Part shown: piece after piece, positions 30,065 to 39,452 of the stretch | How the letters are laid out: each line of letters begins with the position of its first letter | Position numbering within the stretch: position 1 is the first letter of the stretch | Origin: an uncultured Candidatus Saccharibacteria bacterium | GTDB taxonomy: Bacteria; Patescibacteriota; Minisyncoccia; Phycocordibacterales; GWA1-40-21 | DNA length: 64,000 nucleotides | Assembly: GCA_964539415.1 (NCBI GenBank) | Contig: CAZIID010000001.1 | Span: 11,979-75,978 of the forward strand | Direction: 5' to 3' | Made by a program: the position numbers and the translations under genes | The notes under the pieces: generated by a model | Told to the model about the DNA's origin: nothing | Seen by the model: only the letters and a program-made list of their open reading frames with translations | The model's database searches: none

Positions 30065-30319
30065 ATGTTTAATATATCTAACTACTTAGAAAAATTTAAA
30101 ACACTTTATTCGAATAATCTTTATTTAAAAGATACGATTGTTAAAGTTGTAAAAGAAATAACAGGTATTGAAGTTGATAAAGAAAAAATTAACTACAAAA
30201 ATGGTATTTTAATACTTAATCTAAAACCAATTCAGAAAAGCGAACTTTTTCTGAAAAAAAGTTCGCTTTTAAAGAAGTTTGATGAAGTGATGCCCAACAA
30301 AATAATAGACTTAAGGTGA
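30065..30319 (+). CDS. Small hypothetical protein, possibly DciA/DUF721-like
   Basis: 84-aa ORF directly after dnaN; NGILIL...KSELFLKK..LL. Confidence 0.55.
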   Translation: MFNISNYLEKFKTLYSNNLYLKDTIVKVVKEITGIEVDKEKINYKNGILILNLKPIQKSELFLKKSSLLKKFDEVMPNKIIDLR

Positions 30320-32824
30320 TTAATTAACCTTAAAGTTTATGGAACTTTCGTTTTTATTAAACAATCCATCAAATCCAACGACTCTTATTATGTTTTCTTG
30401 TTTGAGATTGTCTGTTTGGCTTGGAATAAAAGATATAGAGTATGGGGCATTGTATGCTGAACCTATAAAATTATCATTAAGATAGAAATCCGCTTTCAAA
30501 GGGAAGCTTGTGTTTAGTATTTGTGCGGAGACTGTAATTTTTTGATCTTTATCATAAGAGACACCATTTGCTGGGGAAGTAATAATTATATTTGGTCTAG
30601 TAGCTGATGTGTGAACAGAGTCAGTTCCAGACGGCTTAATATTTGCCGGTATATTTTGTGTTCTTAACCATTCTTGAACAGAGAATTCCCAAGATGCAAA
30701 TTGTGAATCGTTCTCAGGGTTTGTTGGAACTGGGCCTGTTGGATTATTTTTGTCTACCCAATAAAGTATTGAATGTGGATTTACTACAGATTTTTCTTCT
30801 CTTGTTTCACTTGGAGTATATTCTGTCGCAAGTAGTCCTGATATTTTATCTACGATATAAGTTTCATTACCTTGCCAGAAACCTCTAAGCACAGGTTTTA
30901 AGTCTTTACTTATTTCGGAGGGTTTTTTAAATGGGTTACTTGGGTATACGGAAAAAGTTTGTTTAATGAATTCATTCCAAAGAGGGGAGACGATATAACC
31001 AGCAACTTTTTTATCCATAGGAGTGTTGTCGTTATTTCCAACCCATGCACCAACAACAAGATCTGGTGTATAACCAACGATCCAAGCATCTTTGTAGTCG
31101 TTTGTTGTTCCTGTTTTCACTGCTACTTGTCTATCTGAAAAATATAGAGATGAGTGAGCTCCAAACACAGGTGCTCTAGCTGCGTCGTCTGAAAGAACAT
31201 CAGAAATCGTAAGGGCAATATCTTCAGGTAAAACTGAGTTTTCTTTTTGTTCAAATTTTTCAATTACCTTACCGCTTGAATCTTCGATAGAGAGAATGCT
31301 TGCATAAGGGTTTCTTGCTCCACTGTTTGCAAAAACTCCATAAGCGCTCGTCATATCAAGTAGAGAAACTTCTCCACCTCCAAGAACGAGTGTTAAACCA
31401 TAAGTGTCTGCATTTGAAAGTGTGGTTATTCCCATAGACTTTGCTGTTTGCAGAGAATCTTTAATACCAGCAAGGTATAGTAATTTAACAGAAGGCACGT
31501 TCCTTGACTGTGCTAGGGCGCTTCTAAGGGATATTGGGCCAACGTATGTGCCTGTATAATTTACAGGAGCATAACAAGTTGAAGATCTATTGTTTCCAGG
31601 AAGAGTTATTGGACCTATTGGGCTACAACTTGAGTTGAATTCTGTTGGTAAATCAAAAAGTACAGTATCTGGAGTGTATCCTTTTTCAAAAGCTGTCGCA
31701 TAGACAAAAGGTTTGAATGTTGATCCTGGTTGTCTTTCTGCGATTGCGATATTAAAGTTTCCATCTATTTCTGCATCAAAATAATCACGAGATCCTACCA
31801 TTACCAAAATTTGTCCAGTTTTTGGATCGATAGCAACAAGGGAAGCGTTCTCAGCGTTATAAGCCTTGCTGTTTTCTAAGGCTTTTCTTTTTACAATTTC
31901 CTCAGCTTTTTGCTGGAGATTGTAGTCTAGAGTTGTTATAACTTTGTATCCATTTTCCTCTACCGCTCTTTCGCCATATTTTTCTATCAAATACTGCCTT
32001 ACAAATTCCACAAAATGCGGAGCGGAGATACCATATTTTTCTTTTGGTTTGAATTCAATTACTTCTTTTTTTGCAGCGTCGTATTCATCTTTGGTAATAA
32101 AATTCTTTTCTAACATTTTCTGTAGAACAAGATTTTTTCTATTATCCAAAGCTTGTTTATTGTTGCCATAAGGTGAGAAAAAAGTCGGAGCCTGAGGTAT
32201 TGCTGCAAGATAAGCGGATTCTGCGATGGACAGATCATCAGAGCTTTTTCCAAAGAAAGCTTTACTTGCTTCTTCTACTCCATACAAGTTTCCTCCATAA
32301 GGTGTTTCATTTAAATAGAGAGATAAGATTTCTTCTTTTGAAATTGTTCTTTCAATTTTTAATGATAAATATATTTCTTTGAGTTTTCTTGAGATTGTTT
32401 TGTCTTGCGTTAGTAAAGAATTTTTTACAACTTGCTGAGTGATTGTCGAACCTCCTTGTCCGTAGCTTCCACTAGAAAAGTTGGCAAGAGTAGCTCTTAT
32501 GAGAGATGTTATTTTTATACCGTGGTGTTCATAAAAATCTGCGTCTTCAATGGCAACGGCGGCGTTTTTAATATTCTTTGAAATTGTTTCAAAGGGGACA
32601 ACTGTTCTTTTTATGTCTTGGTGAATATTATAGAGCAGGATTTTCCCAGTTCTATCGTATATTTTTGTAGATTGTGAGACTTTTCTGTCCTCAAAAGATG
32701 AAAGATCCGGTAGTTTGAATGTTGAAACCCACATTGCTGTAGCGCCTAAAACCAATAGCACACAAATTATAGCTAAAATAAACAGTTTCTTATATAATTT
32801 TTTTATTTTCGTCTTTGTTTTCAT
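30320..32824 (-). CDS. Class A penicillin-binding protein (PBP1A family)
   Basis: AIED..FY.H.G, GGSTITQQ and RKLKE transglycosylase motifs; STFK, SRN and KTG transpeptidase motifs. Confidence 0.95.
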   Translation of the reverse strand: MKTKTKIKKLYKKLFILAIICVLLVLGATAMWVSTFKLPDLSSFEDRKVSQSTKIYDRTGKILLYNIHQDIKRTVVPFETISKNIKNAAVAIEDADFYEHHGIKITSLIRATLANFSSGSYGQGGSTITQQVVKNSLLTQDKTISRKLKEIYLSLKIERTISKEEILSLYLNETPYGGNLYGVEEASKAFFGKSSDDLSIAESAYLAAIPQAPTFFSPYGNNKQALDNRKNLVLQKMLEKNFITKDEYDAAKKEVIEFKPKEKYGISAPHFVEFVRQYLIEKYGERAVEENGYKVITTLDYNLQQKAEEIVKRKALENSKAYNAENASLVAIDPKTGQILVMVGSRDYFDAEIDGNFNIAIAERQPGSTFKPFVYATAFEKGYTPDTVLFDLPTEFNSSCSPIGPITLPGNNRSSTCYAPVNYTGTYVGPISLRSALAQSRNVPSVKLLYLAGIKDSLQTAKSMGITTLSNADTYGLTLVLGGGEVSLLDMTSAYGVFANSGARNPYASILSIEDSSGKVIEKFEQKENSVLPEDIALTISDVLSDDAARAPVFGAHSSLYFSDRQVAVKTGTTNDYKDAWIVGYTPDLVVGAWVGNNDNTPMDKKVAGYIVSPLWNEFIKQTFSVYPSNPFKKPSEISKDLKPVLRGFWQGNETYIVDKISGLLATEYTPSETREEKSVVNPHSILYWVDKNNPTGPVPTNPENDSQFASWEFSVQEWLRTQNIPANIKPSGTDSVHTSATRPNIIITSPANGVSYDKDQKITVSAQILNTSFPLKADFYLNDNFIGSAYNAPYSISFIPSQTDNLKQENIIRVVGFDGLFNKNESSINFKVN

Positions 32825-32863
32825 GACATTTAAAAGTATAGCATTTTGTGGTAAATTTTATAG

Positions 32864-33346
32864 ATGAAGATAATTTCAATTGATCCAGGGTACGAAAGAG
32901 TAGGGGTAGCGATTATAGAAAAAACAGGGTCAAAGGAAGAACTTATTTTTTCTGATTGTATACAAACATCTGCAAAGATTGAACATTCAAAAAGACTTCT
33001 TGCAGTTGGACAGGAAGTGGCTTCTCTTATAGAGAAATATCAGCCATCTGTTTTGGCAACTGAAAGTTTGTTTTTTAAAAATAATCAAAAGACTGCGATG
33101 AAAGTTTCTGAGGCAAGAGGGGTTGTAATTTATGAGGCACAAAAAGCTGGATTGAAGATTTTTGAATACACACCACTGCAAATAAAGATTGCGACTACTG
33201 GTTATGGTAAGAGTGAAAAGAATCAGGTTATGGAAATGGTAAAACGTCTTATCAAAATAAATAAAACTATTAAATATGATGATGAGTATGACGCTATCGC
33301 TGTCGGTTTAACTTTTTTTGCTACGGATTCAAATAGGGTTAAGTAA
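32864..33346 (+). CDS. ruvC: Holliday junction resolvase RuvC
   Basis: ISIDPG, E.LFF, EARGV, YTPLQIK and DD..DAIA motifs. Confidence 0.95.
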   Translation: MKIISIDPGYERVGVAIIEKTGSKEELIFSDCIQTSAKIEHSKRLLAVGQEVASLIEKYQPSVLATESLFFKNNQKTAMKVSEARGVVIYEAQKAGLKIFEYTPLQIKIATTGYGKSEKNQVMEMVKRLIKINKTIKYDDEYDAIAVGLTFFATDSNRVK

Positions 33347-33382
33347 CAAAAAACTCGCTTGAGTGCGAGTTTTTTTGTTTTT

Positions 33383-33577
33383 TTAAAAGTTGTCTAAACC
33401 GTCTGTACTCATCATACCTAGAAAATCATCTTCCTCGTCCTCTTCTTCAAGAGTCTCTTCTTCATCAACTCCAATCTCTTCATCAAAAGCTTCTAAAACA
33501 TCATCGGAGATAGGGCCTTTTGCCTTTTCTTCTCCTCCTTCTTCACCGTCTTTTAAATCTTTATCGTCGTCACTCAT
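33383..33577 (-). CDS. Small, highly acidic hypothetical protein
   Basis: 64-aa D/E-rich ORF with purine-rich codons, ending at a bidirectional terminator (33347-33376). Confidence 0.6.
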   Translation of the reverse strand: MSDDDKDLKDGEEGGEEKAKGPISDDVLEAFDEEIGVDEEETLEEEDEEDDFLGMMSTDGLDNF

Positions 33578-33857
33578 TTTATTATTAATAATTATTTTTA
33601 ATTTTATGCTTTTGAAAGCATTTTTATATATTGTCTAAAATTTTAGAATAAATGCAAATGTTTTAAACTGTGGATAAGTCCAACCTCTTTTTTCTTATAA
33701 CTTATATCAAAATTCTTACACTTTTCTTATATGCTAAACTGAGTTTGCCATCATAAACTAAATAAAATAACTGTCAAGCATAAAAACAACCTATATTTTT
33801 TATAGGTTGTTTTTTTGTCTTTCTTTGGACTTTAGACTTTAGGCTTTTGACTAATTT

Positions 33858-34388
33858 TTATTCTGCATTCGTATAAACTTCCTGTACATCCTCGTTGTTT
33901 TCTAAATCCTCAATAAGCTTTTCTAGTTTTGGACTATCTTCTTCAGTGACAGCCACAGTGCTTTTTGGTATCCATCCTTCGTTTGTTTTTTCAAATGCCC
34001 ATGAAGCACTTCCAGGGGAGGCAAGAGAAGTGCCATTTTCAGACAAAATATGTTTAATTTCTCCTGCCGCTCTGTTCCTGCTATCTGTAAGAACTTCAAC
34101 CATAATAGCACAACCTCCTGGCCCATAAGCTTCGTAGACTATAGACTCCATTTCTTTTGCATCAGCACTTGTCGCTTTTTTGATGGCTCTCTCTATTGTG
34201 TCGTTTGGCATATCATAAGATCTTGCTTTTTCTATTGCGGCCCTTAGTCCTGGAGAGTTTGTGTCACCGTTGGCTTTTTTTGCTTCAGTTTGAATAAGCT
34301 TTCCGAGTTTAGTAAAAGCTGAGCCTTTTTGGGTATCATTTTTTGCTTTTAATCTTTTTATTTTTGAAAATTTGTTATGTCCTGACAT
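33858..34388 (-). CDS. yebC: YebC/PmpR family protein (short form)
   Basis: MSGHNK, MP.D.IERAI, YEAYGPGG, LTD.RNR and DVQEVYTN motifs. Confidence 0.93.
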   Translation of the reverse strand: MSGHNKFSKIKRLKAKNDTQKGSAFTKLGKLIQTEAKKANGDTNSPGLRAAIEKARSYDMPNDTIERAIKKATSADAKEMESIVYEAYGPGGCAIMVEVLTDSRNRAAGEIKHILSENGTSLASPGSASWAFEKTNEGWIPKSTVAVTEEDSPKLEKLIEDLENNEDVQEVYTNAE

Positions 34389-34787
34389 GGTAGATTTTTT
34401 TAATGAGTAAAACGAATTTAAAAAATCACCACCCTGTGAAATGCCAGGCTCTTGCCGGCATATTTCACTGGGGTCGGATTTCTTATCCCCACTATACTAC
34501 TTTGAAAATTATTTTTCAATAAAAAACCCTCCCCAGCCAATCTTAGGATAATCGCATTAAAAATAAGGCGACTGGCTGGGGAGGTAGAAAGTGTGGAGTC
34601 ACAAATGTAGACAATTAATGTCAAAGCGTTATCTTAAAAGGTACGCCACCTTGTTTTGCATGCCATAGCTATCCAAACTTTTCAAATCTCAAAAGAACTG
34701 TGTTCATATAATATCAAACCAAGGGAAACAGGCAAGATGGAAAGTGGATAACTTTTTTTAAAAACACTTTATGATATAATTTATAGT

Positions 34788-37700
34788 ATGATGAGCAAAA
34801 AATTCTTTCTTTATTTCATTTTTTTTCTAGTTTTACCTCTTACAACTGCTTTAACGACAAACGCTAGCACTCTTTATTTTAAGGATATTAGTGAAACCCC
34901 TGATTTTGCTTGGGATACGGTTGCAAATTGGTGGACTGATGCAGAGGCAACAATACCCGCTGCAGCCTTACCGTTAAATGGTGACGTTGTTAATATTGAA
35001 AGCAATTTAACTGCTGGCCCATCTATCCCTGTAAGTTTGAGCGTAATAGTGGTAAATAATGTTCTTTACGACGTTGTTTTCACAGGGGCTTCCGGCCCTG
35101 CTATCTTTAATGGTGCCTGTGGTAACGCTGGAACCGTTGATGGTAATGCCGAATTTAATAATGGTAGTAATAATTATGGCACTGTTACGGGGGATGCAAT
35201 TTTTAGTGCAGAATCAAAGAATAATAATGCGGCTCTAGTACAAGGGAATGCAATCTTTTGGGGGACATCGAAAAACCAAGGAACTGTAACTGGGTATGCT
35301 ACTTTTTTTGACTCGTCAATAAACGATCTAGGATCAGTCGGTGGAACCGGAACTTTCAATAATAGTTCAAGTAACAACGGAACAGTGATAGGCGCTGCTT
35401 ATTTTTATGGTAGCTCTATAAGTGAACAGGGGAGTTACTCCGCTGATGTAAATTTTTATGATAGTTCCTATAATAATGCTAGTACAATAACAAGTGCAAC
35501 TTTTAATGGAAGTTCGCGTAATGATATTAATGGAACAATTGGTACTGCTGTTTTTAATGACACGTCTATTAATAATGGAAGTATTAGCATATTAGCAACT
35601 TTCAATGGTAATTCATTAAACACCGGGACTGTTGCCTCGAGTGATTTTTATGGTAGTTCATATAATGATTATAGTGGAAATGTCACTACTGCTACATTCA
35701 ATAACACATCTTTTAATAATTATGGAACAGTTGGCACTGCAATTTTTAATGATTCCTCATTTAACGATGGGTCAGTATCTACTGCTACATTTAATAGTAC
35801 ATCATACAATAATAATGGGACTGTTGAGAATGCGACTTTTAGTGGTCAAGCATATAACGCCGGCACTGTCACCTTTTCTTATGGCACAATGTTTAGAAAT
35901 GATGCTGCAGTTACTACAAATAATGGGACAATTACGACAAACATTGGTTCGATTTCCGGAAATGATGGCACGGTCACTACTAACTCGGGAACAATTGGAG
36001 CACAAAATAATATCGTGGAGACAAACAATGGGACAATTGAAAGTAATAATAATTTTGGTTTTATTACTACAAATAATGGAACTGTCACTATAAACAGTGG
36101 ATCAGTTACGACAAATAGTAATACAGGATCTATACCGGAGATTATTGGAGTGGTAGAAACAAATAATGGTTCAATAGGTCAAACATATAATGGATCTTCG
36201 GTGACTGACAACTATGGAACTGTTTCAAATAATAATGGTGGAACTATAACAAACAATTATGGCACTGTTACAGACAATAGTACTGGAAGTGTCTCAAATA
36301 ACTACGGAACCATAGTCTTAAATGGAAATATAGTAAGTACTAATATGGAGACTGGTATAATTCAAACCAATAGTGCTGGTTCAATATCAGACAATATCGC
36401 TGGTGGCGTTGTTGGTACCAACGACGGATATATATATGGAGGTATATATACAACTTTTGTAGTTAATGATAATGGATATATTGAAGGCGGTTCCTTCTGC
36501 CAATCCCAAGCTGAAACAGGTGGCACCATCAACGCAGGCACCTTCAGCATCTCTAACTCACGCTGTTACAACGCAGCTCCAGGTATATCCATCTCCCCCA
36601 CAAATCTTTCAGTCCTAAATTCTTGGACTCCAGGTCTCTCTTTCGCAACATCAACATCATGTAGCTACAAGATAGACAGTGGTAATTATGTATCACTAAA
36701 CTGTGCATCTCCTTCAATACCTGCACCATCAAACTTTCCACACTTACTGACCATAGTAGCTGAAAACCAGTACAGAACAGCAACATCAACACTCTCTTTC
36801 ATCTACTCCACACTACTCGGCATCTTCACCGGCAGTCTCACCCCATACGCAGTGCCAGCACCTACATACCACACTCTCACAGACATATACAATGTAATCA
36901 TGTCAGGTACACCATCTACTGCAGGAAATCACACACTCTCAACATCACAAACGCCGAACGCAACAACAGGTCACTCAACAAGTGAGATATATGTAAGACT
37001 TGCAAACCTTATAGACGCATCAACTATCAAACCAGGAATCACTTACCTTGGTGTTACAGGAGGAGGAGAGACACCAGATCCAATTGATCTGCCAACATCA
37101 TCTCTTACACCAACAGGGACACCAAATGACAGAACAGGTTTTTCTCTTGAAGATATATACCAACTTGTAAAGAACAATGTCAGAGTCACCTCATCAACAC
37201 ACAGTACCTCAACTTCAGCACATCCTACAGCAACTACCACTCACTCAATTGAAGATGTTTATAGAACACTGACAGCTCTTGTACAGCCGGGGAATATATT
37301 ACTTGGAGATAGTTATTTGGGAGTGGAGGGGGCGTATGTCCCCATGGAAGGTCTAGCTATCCAATACAGGATGAATGATAATACAGCAAGCACTGTTGTT
37401 GTTGATACTTCTGATAATGCAATAAATGCATCTTCCTCACGAAACACTTCTTTGATACATACTGACTCTGGTAATCCGCCATCGCTAAACGGAGCATTTG
37501 CTTTTAATGGCACATCCGATGGAGTTACAGTTCTTGATTCTGCAACTTTTACTAATAATTTTACTATTGCTTTCTGGTATTACGCAGATAGTGATTCAAC
37601 TGGAACTAGAAGCCTATACTGGATTCATGTCCCTGGTTACAATAACTATTTCTCACAATTATCTATGGCACATAACTTAAATGTTTATGGATGGTCAAAT

Positions 37701-38012
37701 TATGATGGAACTAATAATCCATACAATAACAGTATTCCAACAGCTTCTTTGGGTGCTTGGCATTTTGTTGTTGTCGAAAGAAATCTGGCAACTTCTAAGA
37801 TGTCTCTTTATATTGATAATGTAAGTGTCGGAGAATTTGTTGATACAACGATCGGTACTGAACCAGTATACAATGAGCTTTATATAGGCAGAGATGCAGG
37901 CCCAGGATATTTAAAAGGTAAAATGGATGATTTCCGTGTATACGACAGAGTCTTAACAACAGATGAAAAATCTCAGTTGTATAATTCTGGGCTCGGAAAT
38001 GAACTAATATAA
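34788..38012 (+). CDS. Large secreted surface protein: beta-helix-like repeats, duplicated SLTP module, C-terminal LamG-like domain
   Basis: Signal peptide; ATFN..S.N.GTV repeats; FNGTSD...FTIAFW...WHFV...G.MDDFRVYDRVLT. Confidence 0.82.
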   Translation: MMSKKFFLYFIFFLVLPLTTALTTNASTLYFKDISETPDFAWDTVANWWTDAEATIPAAALPLNGDVVNIESNLTAGPSIPVSLSVIVVNNVLYDVVFTGASGPAIFNGACGNAGTVDGNAEFNNGSNNYGTVTGDAIFSAESKNNNAALVQGNAIFWGTSKNQGTVTGYATFFDSSINDLGSVGGTGTFNNSSSNNGTVIGAAYFYGSSISEQGSYSADVNFYDSSYNNASTITSATFNGSSRNDINGTIGTAVFNDTSINNGSISILATFNGNSLNTGTVASSDFYGSSYNDYSGNVTTATFNNTSFNNYGTVGTAIFNDSSFNDGSVSTATFNSTSYNNNGTVENATFSGQAYNAGTVTFSYGTMFRNDAAVTTNNGTITTNIGSISGNDGTVTTNSGTIGAQNNIVETNNGTIESNNNFGFITTNNGTVTINSGSVTTNSNTGSIPEIIGVVETNNGSIGQTYNGSSVTDNYGTVSNNNGGTITNNYGTVTDNSTGSVSNNYGTIVLNGNIVSTNMETGIIQTNSAGSISDNIAGGVVGTNDGYIYGGIYTTFVVNDNGYIEGGSFCQSQAETGGTINAGTFSISNSRCYNAAPGISISPTNLSVLNSWTPGLSFATSTSCSYKIDSGNYVSLNCASPSIPAPSNFPHLLTIVAENQYRTATSTLSFIYSTLLGIFTGSLTPYAVPAPTYHTLTDIYNVIMSGTPSTAGNHTLSTSQTPNATTGHSTSEIYVRLANLIDASTIKPGITYLGVTGGGETPDPIDLPTSSLTPTGTPNDRTGFSLEDIYQLVKNNVRVTSSTHSTSTSAHPTATTTHSIEDVYRTLTALVQPGNILLGDSYLGVEGAYVPMEGLAIQYRMNDNTASTVVVDTSDNAINASSSRNTSLIHTDSGNPPSLNGAFAFNGTSDGVTVLDSATFTNNFTIAFWYYADSDSTGTRSLYWIHVPGYNNYFSQLSMAHNLNVYGWSNYDGTNNPYNNSIPTASLGAWHFVVVERNLATSKMSLYIDNVSVGEFVDTTIGTEPVYNELYIGRDAGPGYLKGKMDDFRVYDRVLTTDEKSQLYNSGLGNELI

Positions 38013-38057
38013 TAGTCGATGCCTAAAATTTAAAAACCACACCAGAAGGTGTGGTTT

Positions 38058-39098
38058 TTATAATAGTTTGCCAGAACCCTTTATGTTCAAATGTCTTTTT
38101 GCTCTTTCTGTTATAACTCTCCCTCTCGAAGTTCTTTCTATAAAACCAAGTTGTAGTAGATATGGTTCGTAGACATCTTCTATTGTGGCTTGCTCTTCTG
38201 ATAGGGCAGCGGCGAGTGTGTTTAGCCCCACTGGGCCACCATTAAATTTTTCTTCCATCACTTTTAGTAATGTTCTGTCTGCTTGAGTAAGTCCGACTTC
38301 ATCTATACAAAGCAAGTCTAAAGCCTCATCTACCATCTTTTTGGAAAGCTTTTCACCTCGCACTTGAGCCATATCACGACATCTTTTCAGTAAATAATTT
38401 GCAGTTCTTGGGGTAAACCTGCTTCTAACTGCTATTTCTTTTATGGCCTCCTCATCTATTTCAACATCAAGTATTTTTGCAGACCTTTTTACTATTTGTC
38501 CTATTTCTTCATTTGTATAAAATTCTAGTTTGAAAACTCCTCCAGAAAATCTTGAACGTAGTGGAGCAGAGAGAAGAGCGATTCGTGTTGTCGCTGCGAT
38601 AAGTGTAAAAGGTGGAAGCTCAAGCTGTATGGTTCGAGCTGATGGACCTTTACCGATAATAATATCAAGTGAGCCCGACTCCATAGCGGGGTAGAGAACT
38701 TCTTCTATTGCTTTGTTGAGTCTGTGTATCTCGTCAATAAATAAAATATCGTTAGGAGCTAGGTTTGTAAGAATAGATGCCAAATCACCAACTTTTTCTA
38801 TGGCTGGTCCTGATGTTATTTTTATTTGAGCGTTAGTTTCTTTTGCTATAAGGTGTGCGAGAGTCGTTTTTCCAAGTCCAGGTGGGCCGTAAAATAAAAT
38901 ATGTTCTGGTGTGTGATTCCTTTGTTTGGCTGCAGTAAGTAAAATATGAAGATTATCTTTGATGTTTTTTTGACCTATGTATTCATTCCAAGAGGAAGGT
39001 CTAAGGGTCTGGTCTAAATGAGTGGTGTCTGTGCTTTCACGGCTTAAAACCTCATCATTTTCACAGGATTCTTTTTTAATGTTATTTTTGCTTGACAT
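38058..39098 (-). CDS. ruvB: Holliday junction helicase RuvB
   Basis: LRP...[21 protein letters not shown] and EPYLLQ.G...RT.RGR motifs. Confidence 0.97.
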   Translation of the reverse strand: MSSKNNIKKESCENDEVLSRESTDTTHLDQTLRPSSWNEYIGQKNIKDNLHILLTAAKQRNHTPEHILFYGPPGLGKTTLAHLIAKETNAQIKITSGPAIEKVGDLASILTNLAPNDILFIDEIHRLNKAIEEVLYPAMESGSLDIIIGKGPSARTIQLELPPFTLIAATTRIALLSAPLRSRFSGGVFKLEFYTNEEIGQIVKRSAKILDVEIDEEAIKEIAVRSRFTPRTANYLLKRCRDMAQVRGEKLSKKMVDEALDLLCIDEVGLTQADRTLLKVMEEKFNGGPVGLNTLAAALSEEQATIEDVYEPYLLQLGFIERTSRGRVITERAKRHLNIKGSGKLL

Positions 39099-39119
39099 AA
39101 TTCCATTTTATGCTATACT
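39092..39119 (+). promoter_or_regulatory. Near-consensus sigma70 promoter with no downstream ORF
   Basis: TTGACA-16 nt-(TGC)TATACT, divergent from ruvB. Confidence 0.65.
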
Positions 39120-39184
39120 CTTATTAGAGCCTAACGAGAAGGCTTTTTTCATTCCTTTTACGTAGTGTTTGCAAAAATATTATT

Positions 39185-39353
39185 GTTCAGGTTGTAAATC
39201 TCTAAACAATTATGCTCGAAAGAGTTTACGAGTTTTTTTTCAAGGACATTTTGGTTCTATTTCTTCGGAAATTTTGCTGAGGTTATCCTTAAAGACTAAT
39301 TTAACTTTTTACCGCCAGGTTTAAAGTATTGTTTAGAGATTTATGTCTTGAAC
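39185..39353 (+). ncRNA. Candidate ~170-nt rod-shaped RNA with 6S-like architecture
   Basis: 39185-39210 pairs with 39328-39353 using G-U wobbles on the + strand; apical cUUCGg hairpin; GAAA-capped side hairpin; followed by hairpin 39356-39394. Confidence 0.55.
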
Positions 39354-39452
39354 TAAAATCACCGCTTTGTGGCCCCGCCATAAGGCGGTGATTTATTCTT
39401 ATATTATTCTGACAAAAAACTTTTGCAACTGTTGAAAACCTTTAAGACACAT

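Noticed and set aside
34418-34624. 68-aa ORF
   Set aside because: Runs through hairpins and a REP-like repeat and has no protein-like features
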